Translations under genes and position numbers: made by a program
Shown here: one piece after another, positions 9,556-18,202 of the stretch
Numbering within the stretch: the first letter of the stretch is position 1
How the letters are laid out: each line of letters opens with the position of its first letter
Assembly (NCBI GenBank): GCA_965203055.1
Contig: OZ241863.1
Span: 1,824,001-1,888,000 of the forward strand
Length of the DNA: 64,000 nucleotides
Direction: 5' to 3'
From: Spirochaetia bacterium
GTDB taxonomy: Bacteria > Spirochaetota > Spirochaetia > SZUA-6 > Bin103
The notes under the pieces: model-generated
The model's input: the letters and a program-made list of their open reading frames with translations, nothing else
Databases searched by the model: none
Told to the model about the DNA's origin: nothing

Positions 9556-10604
9556 GCAAGCCGCGCCTGCTCTTCGCCCCGGCCCGCGAACATACCGTCA
9601 AAGTGTTTGCGCCGGAGGTATTGCGCCGGTTGGAGGAGGGCTTCGAGGTGGATCGCAATGACCGCCCGGAAGACCTCACCGAAGCCGAGCTGAGCGCTCG
9701 CATTGGCGGCTGCGACGCGCTGGTCACCGGGTGGGGCGCGACCGATCCGGGCCGGCTGCTCCCGCGCACGGCGCCGCCGCTCACGCCTGGCATCATGGAA
9801 GCGGCCGACCGCCTCAAGATCATCGCCCACGCCGCCGGCTCGGTGCGCCACATGCTCGACGCGGTGTGGCGCGACTACGTCGCGCCGCGCGGCATCTGCG
9901 TGTTCACCGCCACCGTGGAGATCGGCTGCAACGTCGCCGAAACCGCGCTCGGACTCATGATCATGAGCAGCAAGCGGCTGCTGGAGTCCGCGCTGCACGT
10001 TCGCCACGCCGGCGGCTGGCGCAGCCGCGGCATCGCGGTGGACGAGCAGCACCTGTCCGGCGCTACGGTGGGAATCGTGGGGGCCAGCGACGTGGGGCGC
10101 CAGGTGCTGCGCCTGCTGCAGCCGTTCAACGTGCGCGCGCTGCTGTACGACCCCTACCTGGAGGCCGGCGAGGCGCGCTCCCTGGGCGTCGAACAGACGG
10201 GCCTCGACGACCTGTTCGCGCGGGCGGACATCGTCACGCTGCACGCGCCGAGCATCCCGGAAACCAAGCATCTGGTGGGGGCGGCGCAGTTGCGGCTGCT
10301 GCGCGACGGCGCCTTGCTGGTCAACACCGCCCGCGGCGCGCTGATCGATCAGGAAGCGCTGATCCGGGAGGCCGGCAGCGGGCGCATCCGCGCGGCGCTG
10401 GACGTCACCACGCCGGAGCCACTGCCCGGCGACAGTCCGCTGCGGCGCATGCCCAACGTCATCATCACGCCGCATCTGGCGGGACAGGGCCGCTACGGCC
10501 ACCTGCGGATCGGCGCCGCCACGCTGCAGGCGCTGGAGGATTTCTTCGCCGGCCGGCCGGTGACCGGCGCCATCGATCACGCGCGCTGGCAACGACTGGC
10601 GTGA
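9552..10604 (+). CDS. D-isomer-specific 2-hydroxyacid dehydrogenase
   Basis: GIVGASDVG, LVNTARG, AALDV and ITPHLAG motifs. Confidence 0.88.
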   Translation: MSKPRLLFAPAREHTVKVFAPEVLRRLEEGFEVDRNDRPEDLTEAELSARIGGCDALVTGWGATDPGRLLPRTAPPLTPGIMEAADRLKIIAHAAGSVRHMLDAVWRDYVAPRGICVFTATVEIGCNVAETALGLMIMSSKRLLESALHVRHAGGWRSRGIAVDEQHLSGATVGIVGASDVGRQVLRLLQPFNVRALLYDPYLEAGEARSLGVEQTGLDDLFARADIVTLHAPSIPETKHLVGAAQLRLLRDGALLVNTARGALIDQEALIREAGSGRIRAALDVTTPEPLPGDSPLRRMPNVIITPHLAGQGRYGHLRIGAATLQALEDFFAGRPVTGAIDHARWQRLA

Positions 10605-11488
10605 ACGCGCCGCGGCCGGCGCCCGAGCGCATCGCCGCAGCCGTCGGCGCGGCGCTCGAACCGTTCCCGCATCTGCTCTTCGGGTTCCTGTTCGGCTCGG
10701 CCGCGGCCGGCCGCCTCCGCAGCGACTCGGACGTGGACGTAGCGCTGTACCAGGCGTCGGCGGGAAGGCTGGAGATCGAAGCGGAACGGGAGCTGGAGCA
10801 GGAAGCCGCCATTCAGGTCGCCCTGGAACGCGCGGCGCAGCGCAACGTAGACCTGCTCAACCTGAACCGGTCGCCGGCTGCGGTGTGCGCCGCGGCGGTG
10901 CTCACCGGACGCCCGGTGCTGATGCGCGACGCCGCCTTCTACACCCGCTACTTCCTCGCCGTCACCACGGCGGCGAGCGAGTTCCTGCGCGCCGAGCGCG
11001 AGTTCCGCGCCATCCGCGACCGCAGCCGGTCACTCTCGGCGCTCGACCGGAGCCGGCTGCAGCGCGTTCTGGACTTCATCGACACCGAGCTGCAGGACCG
11101 CGGCCAGTTCCGCGGCGTCACGCTGCAGCGCTATCAGAGCGACCGCAACCTGCGGCGCAATCTCGACCGCTGGGTAGAGACGCTGATCAACGCGGCGCTC
11201 GACGCCGGCAAGATCGTGATCGCCGCGGAACGCCGGCCGGTCCCCTGCACCTATGGCCAGATCCTCGCCGAATTGGAGTCGGTGGAACACTTCTCCGACC
11301 TGGCCGGCCGTCTCAGGCCCCTCGCCGCGCTACGCAACGTGCTGGCGCACGAATACCTGGAACTGCGCTTCGGACGCGTGGCGCGCTTTGCGGACACGGG
11401 GGCGGCCGCCATTGCCCGGCTTGCCGGGCTGGCCCGGCAGTGGCTGCGCGCGCAGGAATCCGAGTATGATAAACCACGAAATGGCTGA
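10601..11488 (+). CDS. Fused MNT nucleotidyltransferase + HEPN (DUF86/HepT-like) protein
   Basis: N-terminal FLFGSAAAGRLRSDSDVDVA (GS-x10-DxD) and C-terminal RNVLAHEY (Rx4HxY) in one continuous frame from GTG 10601. Confidence 0.8.
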   Translation: MNAPRPAPERIAAAVGAALEPFPHLLFGFLFGSAAAGRLRSDSDVDVALYQASAGRLEIEAERELEQEAAIQVALERAAQRNVDLLNLNRSPAAVCAAAVLTGRPVLMRDAAFYTRYFLAVTTAASEFLRAEREFRAIRDRSRSLSALDRSRLQRVLDFIDTELQDRGQFRGVTLQRYQSDRNLRRNLDRWVETLINAALDAGKIVIAAERRPVPCTYGQILAELESVEHFSDLAGRLRPLAALRNVLAHEYLELRFGRVARFADTGAAAIARLAGLARQWLRAQESEYDKPRNG

Positions 11489-11834
11489 TCATCTCCCGTC
11501 CATGCCAACCATCGAAGCCGTGGCTGTCCCTCTCAGAGAGGAGCCCGCGGGGGTCTATCGAGTAGGAGACACCCGGGTATTGCTGGAAGTGGTAGTAGAT
11601 GCATTTCGCTGTGGGGCGACTCCGGAGACGATCGTTCAATCGTACGAAACGCTGCGCCTCGCTGACGTATATGCCGTGCTTGCCTACTGCCTGACCCATC
11701 AAGAACGGATAGACGAGTACATGCGCCGCCGTGACGCAGAGGCGGTAGACCTGCGCCGCCGCGTTCAGGCCGTGCAGCCCGATCAGCGCGGCCTGCGCGA
11801 ACGACTCATGCAGCAGCGGGGCAGAGTGGGCTGA
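11481..11834 (+). CDS. DUF433-domain protein (antitoxin-like)
   Basis: RVGDTRVLLEVVVDAFRCGATPETIVQSYETLRLADVYAVLAY is a typical DUF433 pattern. Start could be 11466, 11481 or 11502. Confidence 0.75.
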   Translation: MADHLPSMPTIEAVAVPLREEPAGVYRVGDTRVLLEVVVDAFRCGATPETIVQSYETLRLADVYAVLAYCLTHQERIDEYMRRRDAEAVDLRRRVQAVQPDQRGLRERLMQQRGRVG

Positions 11835-11889
11835 CTTGGTTACGTATTTTCCTCTCGGCTGAACTAGCCTTAGTCCGGTTCGCGCGGCG

Positions 11890-13584
11890 TCAGGGCGTGG
11901 CGGCGGGATGGTGGACGGTGAGGGTCTGATTGGCCGGGACTCCCTGCAGCGCCGTTACCGCGCCGTCCGGCCACGCCACGGTCAGTTCGTCGATCACCGC
12001 GGCGGCGCCGGCGCCGAAGTGGGCGGACAGTTCGCCCGTTCCCAGGTAGACGCCGCCGCCGCCGATGAAGCGGTGCTGCTCGCGCTCCCCGGTCCGGATC
12101 GACACCCGCGCCCCGATCCCGTCCGGCGCCACGGTCCGGCTCGCCCCCCGATCCAGGAACACCCGCAGGTAGTTGGCGCCGGGGCCGCTCAGGTCGTTGC
12201 GGAACAGGCTCACCGGGCCGCGCAGGTTGACGATCAGCAGGTCGCGGTCGCCGTCGTTGTCGTAGTCGAAGGCGATCAGCCCGCGGCCCTGGTCGCGGTG
12301 ATGCAGCCGCACCTGTTCCTGCACGAACCGGAACCGCGGCACGCCGCCGGCGCCCGGCCCGTCCGCCTCGCCCGCCTCGGCGCCCGCCACGCCGCCCCCG
12401 AGATACACCCGGGTCGGTTCGCTGAGCCACTCCATCTCGCCCTGGTGGTTGGCGCGCGTCCAGCCGTTGGTGGCCGCCAGGTCGAGCACCCCGTCGTGGT
12501 CGAGGTCGGCGGCGACCGCCCCCCAGCCCCAGCCGCCGTGGTTGACGCCGGCGGCCACCGACGCTTCGCGGAAGCGGTGCTCCCCCGCGGCCAGGTAGAG
12601 CTGGTTGCCGTTGCGCAGCGACTCGGTGCCGGTGCGCGCGTACACCGAGGTCAGGTACCAGTCGAAGCGGCCGTCGCCGTCGAAGTCGCCGAAGGCGCTG
12701 CCCATGCCCATGGCGCCGGCGCCGGTGCCGGAGGCCGCGGTCAGGTCGCTGAAGAAGCGCCCGCGGTCGTTGCGGAAGTAGCGCGAGGTGCCGTAGTCGC
12801 CGGCGATCAGCAGCTCCGGGTAGCGGTCGCCGTCCATGTCCACGAAGGCGGGCGCGAACCCCCACACCTCCAGCACGCCCTGCTCCAGCGCCGGCCCGAA
12901 CGACGGCGCGGTGAAGTCGATGAAGCGCCCGCCTTCGTTGCGGAACAGGCGGTTGCCGGCGTGATACTGGTAGCCGGTCACGAACAGATCCAGGTCGCCG
13001 TCCAGGTCGTAGTCGCCGAACGCGGCGCCCATGCCGTCGGGCCGCGGCGCCGCGGTAACCGCCACTCCGGCCGCGGCCGCAACCTCCTCGAAGACCGGAA
13101 TCCCGCCCGGCACGTTTTCGTTCCGCGCCTCGGCCGCGCCGGCCACGGCCACGCCTCGGTTGCGGTACAGGCGGTGCGCGCCGGGGCGGCGCGGGCCGCC
13201 CGCCTCGCCCAGGCTGGTGACGTACAGGTCCTGCCAGCCGTCGCCGTCGAAGTCGCCCACCGCCGCCGCCAGGCCGCGGTGGGACAGCGCCACCCCCGCC
13301 GCGGCGGCGTAGTCGCCGAAGGTGCCGTCGCCGCGGTTGAGGTAGAGCGCGTCCACCGCGCCGCCGCCGCCGAGCAGGAACAGATCCTGCCAGCCGTCGC
13401 GATTGAAGTCGCCGACCGCGGCGCCGCCGGTCATGTCCGCCACCGGATGGTCGAGCGGGCGCCGCTCGGCGGTCAGCCCGGCGCTCAGCCCCGCGCCGCG
13501 GAAGCGCAGCTCGGCGTCCGCCGGCGGAGCGCCCGCGGCCGCCAGCAGCAGCGCCGCCGCCGTCACCGCCGCCACTGCGGTCAT
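11890..13584 (-). CDS. CRTAC1 / ASPIC-UnbV family FG-GAP repeat protein
   Basis: Signal peptide, many DxDxDGxxD repeats, and a C-terminal GIGARV...GGGVYLG...HFG...V.WPDG motif. Confidence 0.88.
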   Translation of the reverse strand: MTAVAAVTAAALLLAAAGAPPADAELRFRGAGLSAGLTAERRPLDHPVADMTGGAAVGDFNRDGWQDLFLLGGGGAVDALYLNRGDGTFGDYAAAAGVALSHRGLAAAVGDFDGDGWQDLYVTSLGEAGGPRRPGAHRLYRNRGVAVAGAAEARNENVPGGIPVFEEVAAAAGVAVTAAPRPDGMGAAFGDYDLDGDLDLFVTGYQYHAGNRLFRNEGGRFIDFTAPSFGPALEQGVLEVWGFAPAFVDMDGDRYPELLIAGDYGTSRYFRNDRGRFFSDLTAASGTGAGAMGMGSAFGDFDGDGRFDWYLTSVYARTGTESLRNGNQLYLAAGEHRFREASVAAGVNHGGWGWGAVAADLDHDGVLDLAATNGWTRANHQGEMEWLSEPTRVYLGGGVAGAEAGEADGPGAGGVPRFRFVQEQVRLHHRDQGRGLIAFDYDNDGDRDLLIVNLRGPVSLFRNDLSGPGANYLRVFLDRGASRTVAPDGIGARVSIRTGEREQHRFIGGGGVYLGTGELSAHFGAGAAAVIDELTVAWPDGAVTALQGVPANQTLTVHHPAATP

Positions 13585-14732
13585 CGCTGGCGGTAGGGAT
13601 CGGCGGCGTCGCGCAGGCCGTCGCCCACGAACATGAACGCCATCACCGTGGCGATCACGAACAGCGCCGGGATCAGCATCCACGGATAGGCGGCCACGCT
13701 GCGCACGTTCTGCGCCGCCTTGAGCAGCACGCCCCAGCTCACCGCCGGCGACCGCAGCCCCAATCCCAGGAAGCTCAACGCGGTCTCGCCGAGAATGATG
13801 TCCGGTATCGCCAGAGTCAGGTGCACGATCAGGTAGCTGGCGAACGACGGCAGCAGGTGGCGGGCGATCACCGCCCGTTCGCGCAGGCCGGCCAGCCGCG
13901 CCGCCATGGTAAAGTCGTGCTCGCGCAGCTCCAGCAGCTTGCCGCGCACCACCCGCGCCAGGCTGCCCCAGCGCACCAGCGAGAGGATGATCACGATCCC
14001 GAAGTAGAGCTGCAGCACCGACCACTCCTTGGGCAGCGCCGCGGCCAGCCCCATCCACAGCGGAATGGTAGGGATGGAGATGATGAACTCGATCAGGCGC
14101 TGGATGAACATGTCCGCGCGCCCGCCGAAGTAGCCGGAGATGCCGCCCAGCACCACGCCGAGCACGAACGAGATCGCCACCCCCACCAGGCCGATGGAAA
14201 GCGATATGCGCGCCCCGCACAGGGTGCGCGACAGCAGGTCGCGGCCCAGCGCGTCGGTGCCGAACAGGAAGATTCCCGCCGGGCGCTCCACGCCGAACAG
14301 CCGCACGCGGGTGCGGAACAGCCCCAGCAGCCGGTACTCCTCGCCCGGCGTGAAGAAGCGGATCGGGTAGCGGGCGGCGGTGATCTCGGTGAAGGTCGCC
14401 TCGAAGGTCTGCGGGTCGAGGGTCTGCTCGGTCGGATAGACGTAGGGCCGCACCAGCCGCCCGTCGGCCAGCCAGTGGATGCGCGACGGCGGATGATGCT
14501 GCAGCCCCTGAAACCGCTCGCGGATGGCGTAGGGCGAGAAGAAGTCGCAGAAGATGCCGAGCAGATAGAACAGGATCAGCAGCGCGCCGCCGGCCAGCGC
14601 CAGATGGTGGCGGCGGAACTTGCGCCACATCAACTGCCACTGCGACGCCATCCAGTACGCTTCCTGGGCGGCGCTCTCCGGGGCCGCGGCCTCCGGGGCG
14701 GAGCCGGGCGCGGCGGTTCTGCCGGCTCCCAT
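13581..14732 (-). CDS. Peptide/nickel ABC transporter permease (DppC/OppC-like)
   Basis: FGTDALGRDLLSR and ETALSFLGLG motifs. Confidence 0.92.
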   Translation of the reverse strand: MGAGRTAAPGSAPEAAAPESAAQEAYWMASQWQLMWRKFRRHHLALAGGALLILFYLLGIFCDFFSPYAIRERFQGLQHHPPSRIHWLADGRLVRPYVYPTEQTLDPQTFEATFTEITAARYPIRFFTPGEEYRLLGLFRTRVRLFGVERPAGIFLFGTDALGRDLLSRTLCGARISLSIGLVGVAISFVLGVVLGGISGYFGGRADMFIQRLIEFIISIPTIPLWMGLAAALPKEWSVLQLYFGIVIILSLVRWGSLARVVRGKLLELREHDFTMAARLAGLRERAVIARHLLPSFASYLIVHLTLAIPDIILGETALSFLGLGLRSPAVSWGVLLKAAQNVRSVAAYPWMLIPALFVIATVMAFMFVGDGLRDAADPYRQR

Positions 14733-15724
14733 CAGGCGGCGCGCGCCTCGAAGCGGATGCGCGGATCGCTGGCCACCAGCAGCAGGTCGGACAGCAGCGT
14801 GCCGACCACCGTGAGCACGTTGAGCAGCAGCAGCAGCGACGACGCCAGGAACATGTCCTGAAACTGCAGCGCGCGAAACAGCAGCGGCCCCACCGTGGGA
14901 ATGCCGATCACCAGCGCGGTGATGATCTCACCGGACACGATCACCGGCAGCAGCCAGCCGACGGTGCTGATGATCGGATTGAGCGCCACCCGCACCGGGT
15001 AGCGGAACAGCAGCCGGCTCTCCCCCACCCCCTTGGAGCGCGCGGTGATCACGTACTGCTTCTCCAGCTCGTCCAGCAGCGTGGCGCGCATGATGCGGAT
15101 CACGCCGGCGGTGCCGGCGGTGCCCACCACCACGATCGGCAGCGGCAGGTGCAGGAGCAGGTCCGCGGCCTTGCCCAGGCTCCACGGCTGCTTCAGGTAC
15201 TCCGGCGAAAACAACCCGCCGGGACTCATTCCCAGCGCCAGCAGCCCCATCATCAGGATCAGCGCCAGCAGGAAGTTGGGCGTAGCCAGGCCGATGAAGC
15301 CGACGAAGGAGAACACGTAGTCGCCGGCCCGATACTGGTGGGTGGCCGAGTAGATGCCGATCGGAATCGCCATCACGAAGGTAAAGATCAGCGTGGTGCC
15401 GGAGATCAGCGCGGTGAGGGCGATGCGTTCGCCCACCACCTCGGCCACCGCGCGGTTGAGCAGGAAGGAAAATCCCATGTTGCCGCGCAGCAGGTTGCGG
15501 AACCAGCGCCAGTACTGCACGTGCAGCGGGCGGTCCAGCCCCCACTGTTCGCGCATCGCGTCCATCATCGCCTGATCGGCCGCTTCGCCGGTCTCGGCCA
15601 TGCGGCGCGCGATCGACGACACGATGTCGCCCGGCGGCAACTGGATGATGACGAACGACACCAGGGTCAGCAGCCACAGCAGCAGGATCATGTACAGGAA
15701 GCGTTGGATCAGATAGTTCGCCAT
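14732..15724 (-). CDS. Peptide/nickel ABC transporter permease (DppB/OppB-like)
   Basis: WGLDRPLHVQY, YVITARSKG and DPRIR motifs. Confidence 0.92.
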   Translation of the reverse strand: MANYLIQRFLYMILLLWLLTLVSFVIIQLPPGDIVSSIARRMAETGEAADQAMMDAMREQWGLDRPLHVQYWRWFRNLLRGNMGFSFLLNRAVAEVVGERIALTALISGTTLIFTFVMAIPIGIYSATHQYRAGDYVFSFVGFIGLATPNFLLALILMMGLLALGMSPGGLFSPEYLKQPWSLGKAADLLLHLPLPIVVVGTAGTAGVIRIMRATLLDELEKQYVITARSKGVGESRLLFRYPVRVALNPIISTVGWLLPVIVSGEIITALVIGIPTVGPLLFRALQFQDMFLASSLLLLLNVLTVVGTLLSDLLLVASDPRIRFEARAA

Positions 15725-15818
15725 CGGGAGATACGGGAGCGGCGGAATGGGGGCGCCCGGCCGGGTGGCGGCCGGGCGCCCGTTCGCAGCGGCGGCGCCG
15801 GTGTTGCCGGCTCCCCGC

Positions 15819-17888
15819 CTAGCGGTCCTTCAGATAGTACACCTCGTTGTCGTAGGTCCAGGCGAGTACCAGGATCCCGTCCATCAGGAAGTTGCCGAGG
15901 TTGTTGCCCACCGCCAGCATCAGCGGCTCCGGCGTGACCGTGGCCGCGTGCCACAGGTTGCGCGCGTTCAGGGTCAGCAGCTCGTTGGTGATCGCCTCGT
16001 ACTCGGCGGTGCCGAACTCGGCCAGCTTCATCGCGTCGGCCAGCTCGAACAGGCGCAGTACCTCGGGGTCGTCCGGCCGCTCGCCCTCGGCGCCGCCGGA
16101 GTGATACCAGATGCCCCACGGCGCGGTGGTCGCGCTGCAGCAGTGGATCCAGTGCCACGGCGGCAGCAGCTTCATCGGGTAGCGCTGGCGCGCGATCAGC
16201 TCGCTGGCGCCGCCGCCGGGCCAGAACGAGGAGTCGATGTCGTTGGCCATGGCGCGCTCGAAGCCCAGCTCCTCGGGCACGAACTTGGGCGTCATCCTGA
16301 TGCCGACCGCCTCCCAGTAGCCGCTGATCAGGTCCATCAGGTTCTCGAAGTAGGCGCTCCACTCCGCCGGCCAGGAACCCTCGAACGCCACCGGCTCGCC
16401 GTTGTCGGGACGCAGCCGCCATTTCCGCTCGCTGTCCCATTGCAGCCCCATTTCGTCCAGCAGCCGGTTGGCCAGCTCCGGGTCGTACTGGGCGTACTCC
16501 TGCTTCATCCACGGCTCGAACCCGGTCCACGCCTCGGGCGCGGGGATCAGCACCGGCGTGGCCTGGCCGAAGAACAGGGTGTCGCTGATGTCCTGGCGGT
16601 CGACCGCCACCGACAGCGCCTGGCGGAAGCGCACGTCGTTGAAGATGGCGTTGAGCCCCGGGTCGGTGTGGGTGTAGTTGAACACCCAGCCGGCGGCGGT
16701 GGCGGTGGTCATGTTCTGGTACTGGGTCAGTACGTAGTTGCCGTCCTCCTCGTTGCGCTTCAGCACCGGGGCGTCGGCCAGCGACAGGCCGGTGGCCAGG
16801 TCCAGCTCGCCGGCCATCACCTTGACCGGAAGCTGCTCGGCGGCGTTGGACAGGAAGGTGACCAGAACCTCGTCGAGATAGGGAAGCTGATTGCCGGCGG
16901 TGTCGACGCGCCAGTAGTAGGGATTGCGCGCCCACAGCTCGGAATCCAGCCCATCCTCGGCGATGATCCACGGGTCGAGGCTCGGCATGCCAATGTCGTT
17001 GGCGGACATCACCGTCGGGCGCGAGCCGGGTCCGTCGCGTTCGGCGGAGCGTTCGCGGAACGCCTGGGTCCAGCTCTCGAAGCCGGCCTCCTTGGCCACC
17101 GCGTCGGCCTGCGGGTTGTAGTCGGCGTGGAACTGCGCCAGGTAGTGCTCCGGGTAGAAGGGCCGATCGCGCAGCAGCACCAGTTGCGCGATCGGAAACG
17201 GGTCCTCCCAGGTGAAGGCGACGGTGTACTGGTCGATCACCTCCAGTCGCGGCAACTTGCCCTGCCAGGTGACGCGCGGGCGGGCGCGGGAGAACACCCG
17301 GTCGTCAGTGCCGACCGCGTCCATCCAGAAGACGAAGTCGTCGGCGTCGAAGTCCTCGCCGTCCGACCACTTCTGGCCGGGGCGCAGGTTGACGGTGAGG
17401 GTGTGGCGGTCGGCGGAGACGCTCCAGTCGGCCACCACGTTGGGATAGATGGCGCCGCCGTCGGGGGCCAGCTTGCCCAGCGGCTGGGACGCGCCCTCGA
17501 TCATCATGCCGGGCTCGTTCTGCACCGCCACCCCGTGCCAGCGGAAGCGCCCGCCGTATTGTCCGATCTCGAACGGCGGGCGGATCACCGCCGGGTCCGC
17601 GGGCAGGCGGTCGGCGACCGCGGGCAGCTCGCCGGCGGCGACGCGCGCCGCCAGCGCCGGCGACTCGCCGTAGGCGGCAATCGCGTTGCCGGTGGCGGCG
17701 GTGTAGGCGCTGGCGGTGGGCCAGTAGTAATCGACGTAGGGGGTGCCGCCGGCGGCCTCCAGCGCCATCATGGCGCCGGCGCCGGCGCTGCCGCCGCCCT
17801 CCTCCTCGCCGGCGGCGAAGAGCGGCGCCGCGGCAAGGCCCGCGGCCAGCGCCGCGGTCAGGAAGCGAAACAATCGGATTTGGTTCAC
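15819..17888 (-). CDS. ABC transporter solute-binding protein, family 5
   Basis: GELPAVADRLP, KWSDGEDF and RNPYYWRVDTAGNQLPYLD motifs. AGGAGG ribosome-binding site upstream of GTG 17888. Confidence 0.9.
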   Translation of the reverse strand: MNQIRLFRFLTAALAAGLAAAPLFAAGEEEGGGSAGAGAMMALEAAGGTPYVDYYWPTASAYTAATGNAIAAYGESPALAARVAAGELPAVADRLPADPAVIRPPFEIGQYGGRFRWHGVAVQNEPGMMIEGASQPLGKLAPDGGAIYPNVVADWSVSADRHTLTVNLRPGQKWSDGEDFDADDFVFWMDAVGTDDRVFSRARPRVTWQGKLPRLEVIDQYTVAFTWEDPFPIAQLVLLRDRPFYPEHYLAQFHADYNPQADAVAKEAGFESWTQAFRERSAERDGPGSRPTVMSANDIGMPSLDPWIIAEDGLDSELWARNPYYWRVDTAGNQLPYLDEVLVTFLSNAAEQLPVKVMAGELDLATGLSLADAPVLKRNEEDGNYVLTQYQNMTTATAAGWVFNYTHTDPGLNAIFNDVRFRQALSVAVDRQDISDTLFFGQATPVLIPAPEAWTGFEPWMKQEYAQYDPELANRLLDEMGLQWDSERKWRLRPDNGEPVAFEGSWPAEWSAYFENLMDLISGYWEAVGIRMTPKFVPEELGFERAMANDIDSSFWPGGGASELIARQRYPMKLLPPWHWIHCCSATTAPWGIWYHSGGAEGERPDDPEVLRLFELADAMKLAEFGTAEYEAITNELLTLNARNLWHAATVTPEPLMLAVGNNLGNFLMDGILVLAWTYDNEVYYLKDR

Positions 17889-18063
17889 GGTTTGATTCCT
17901 CCTCTTGCGTTGATGAACGCGGCCCAGCCTATCAGCCCGGCGCCGGCGGTTCAACGCGCCCGGCGCAGCGGCCCGGCGCAGCGGTCCGGCGGCGGTGCGC
18001 GCCCCACCGGATTTGCCTTCCGCGCCGGGGAGGCGATAGAATCAGTGCCCGCAGGCTACGGTA

Positions 18064-18189
18064 GTGAACTCGCCACCCGCCTCCGCCTACCCGCGCATCC
18101 CCTACGGCGAAGCCGACCTCATGCGCATCCGCCGGCACGGCTGGCTGTACGTGGACAAGACCAGCTTTCTGCGCGGCGGCGCCGGGTAG
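18064..18189 (+). pseudogene. N-terminal remnant of an AAA-ATPase-like gene
   Basis: The 41-aa ORF contains RIPYGEADLMRIRRHGWLYVDKT, resembling the PxG...YVDKT start of the AAA-ATPase_like family, and then stops. Confidence 0.6.
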
Positions 18190-18202
18190 CGGACGCGGAG
18201 CG

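Noticed and set aside
9731..10600. N-terminal extensions in the ORF track (e.g. 9731, 18934, 14640, 56433, 61500, 60055)
   Set aside because: They overlap real neighbouring genes. Downstream starts with stop/start coupling or a ribosome-binding site fit better.
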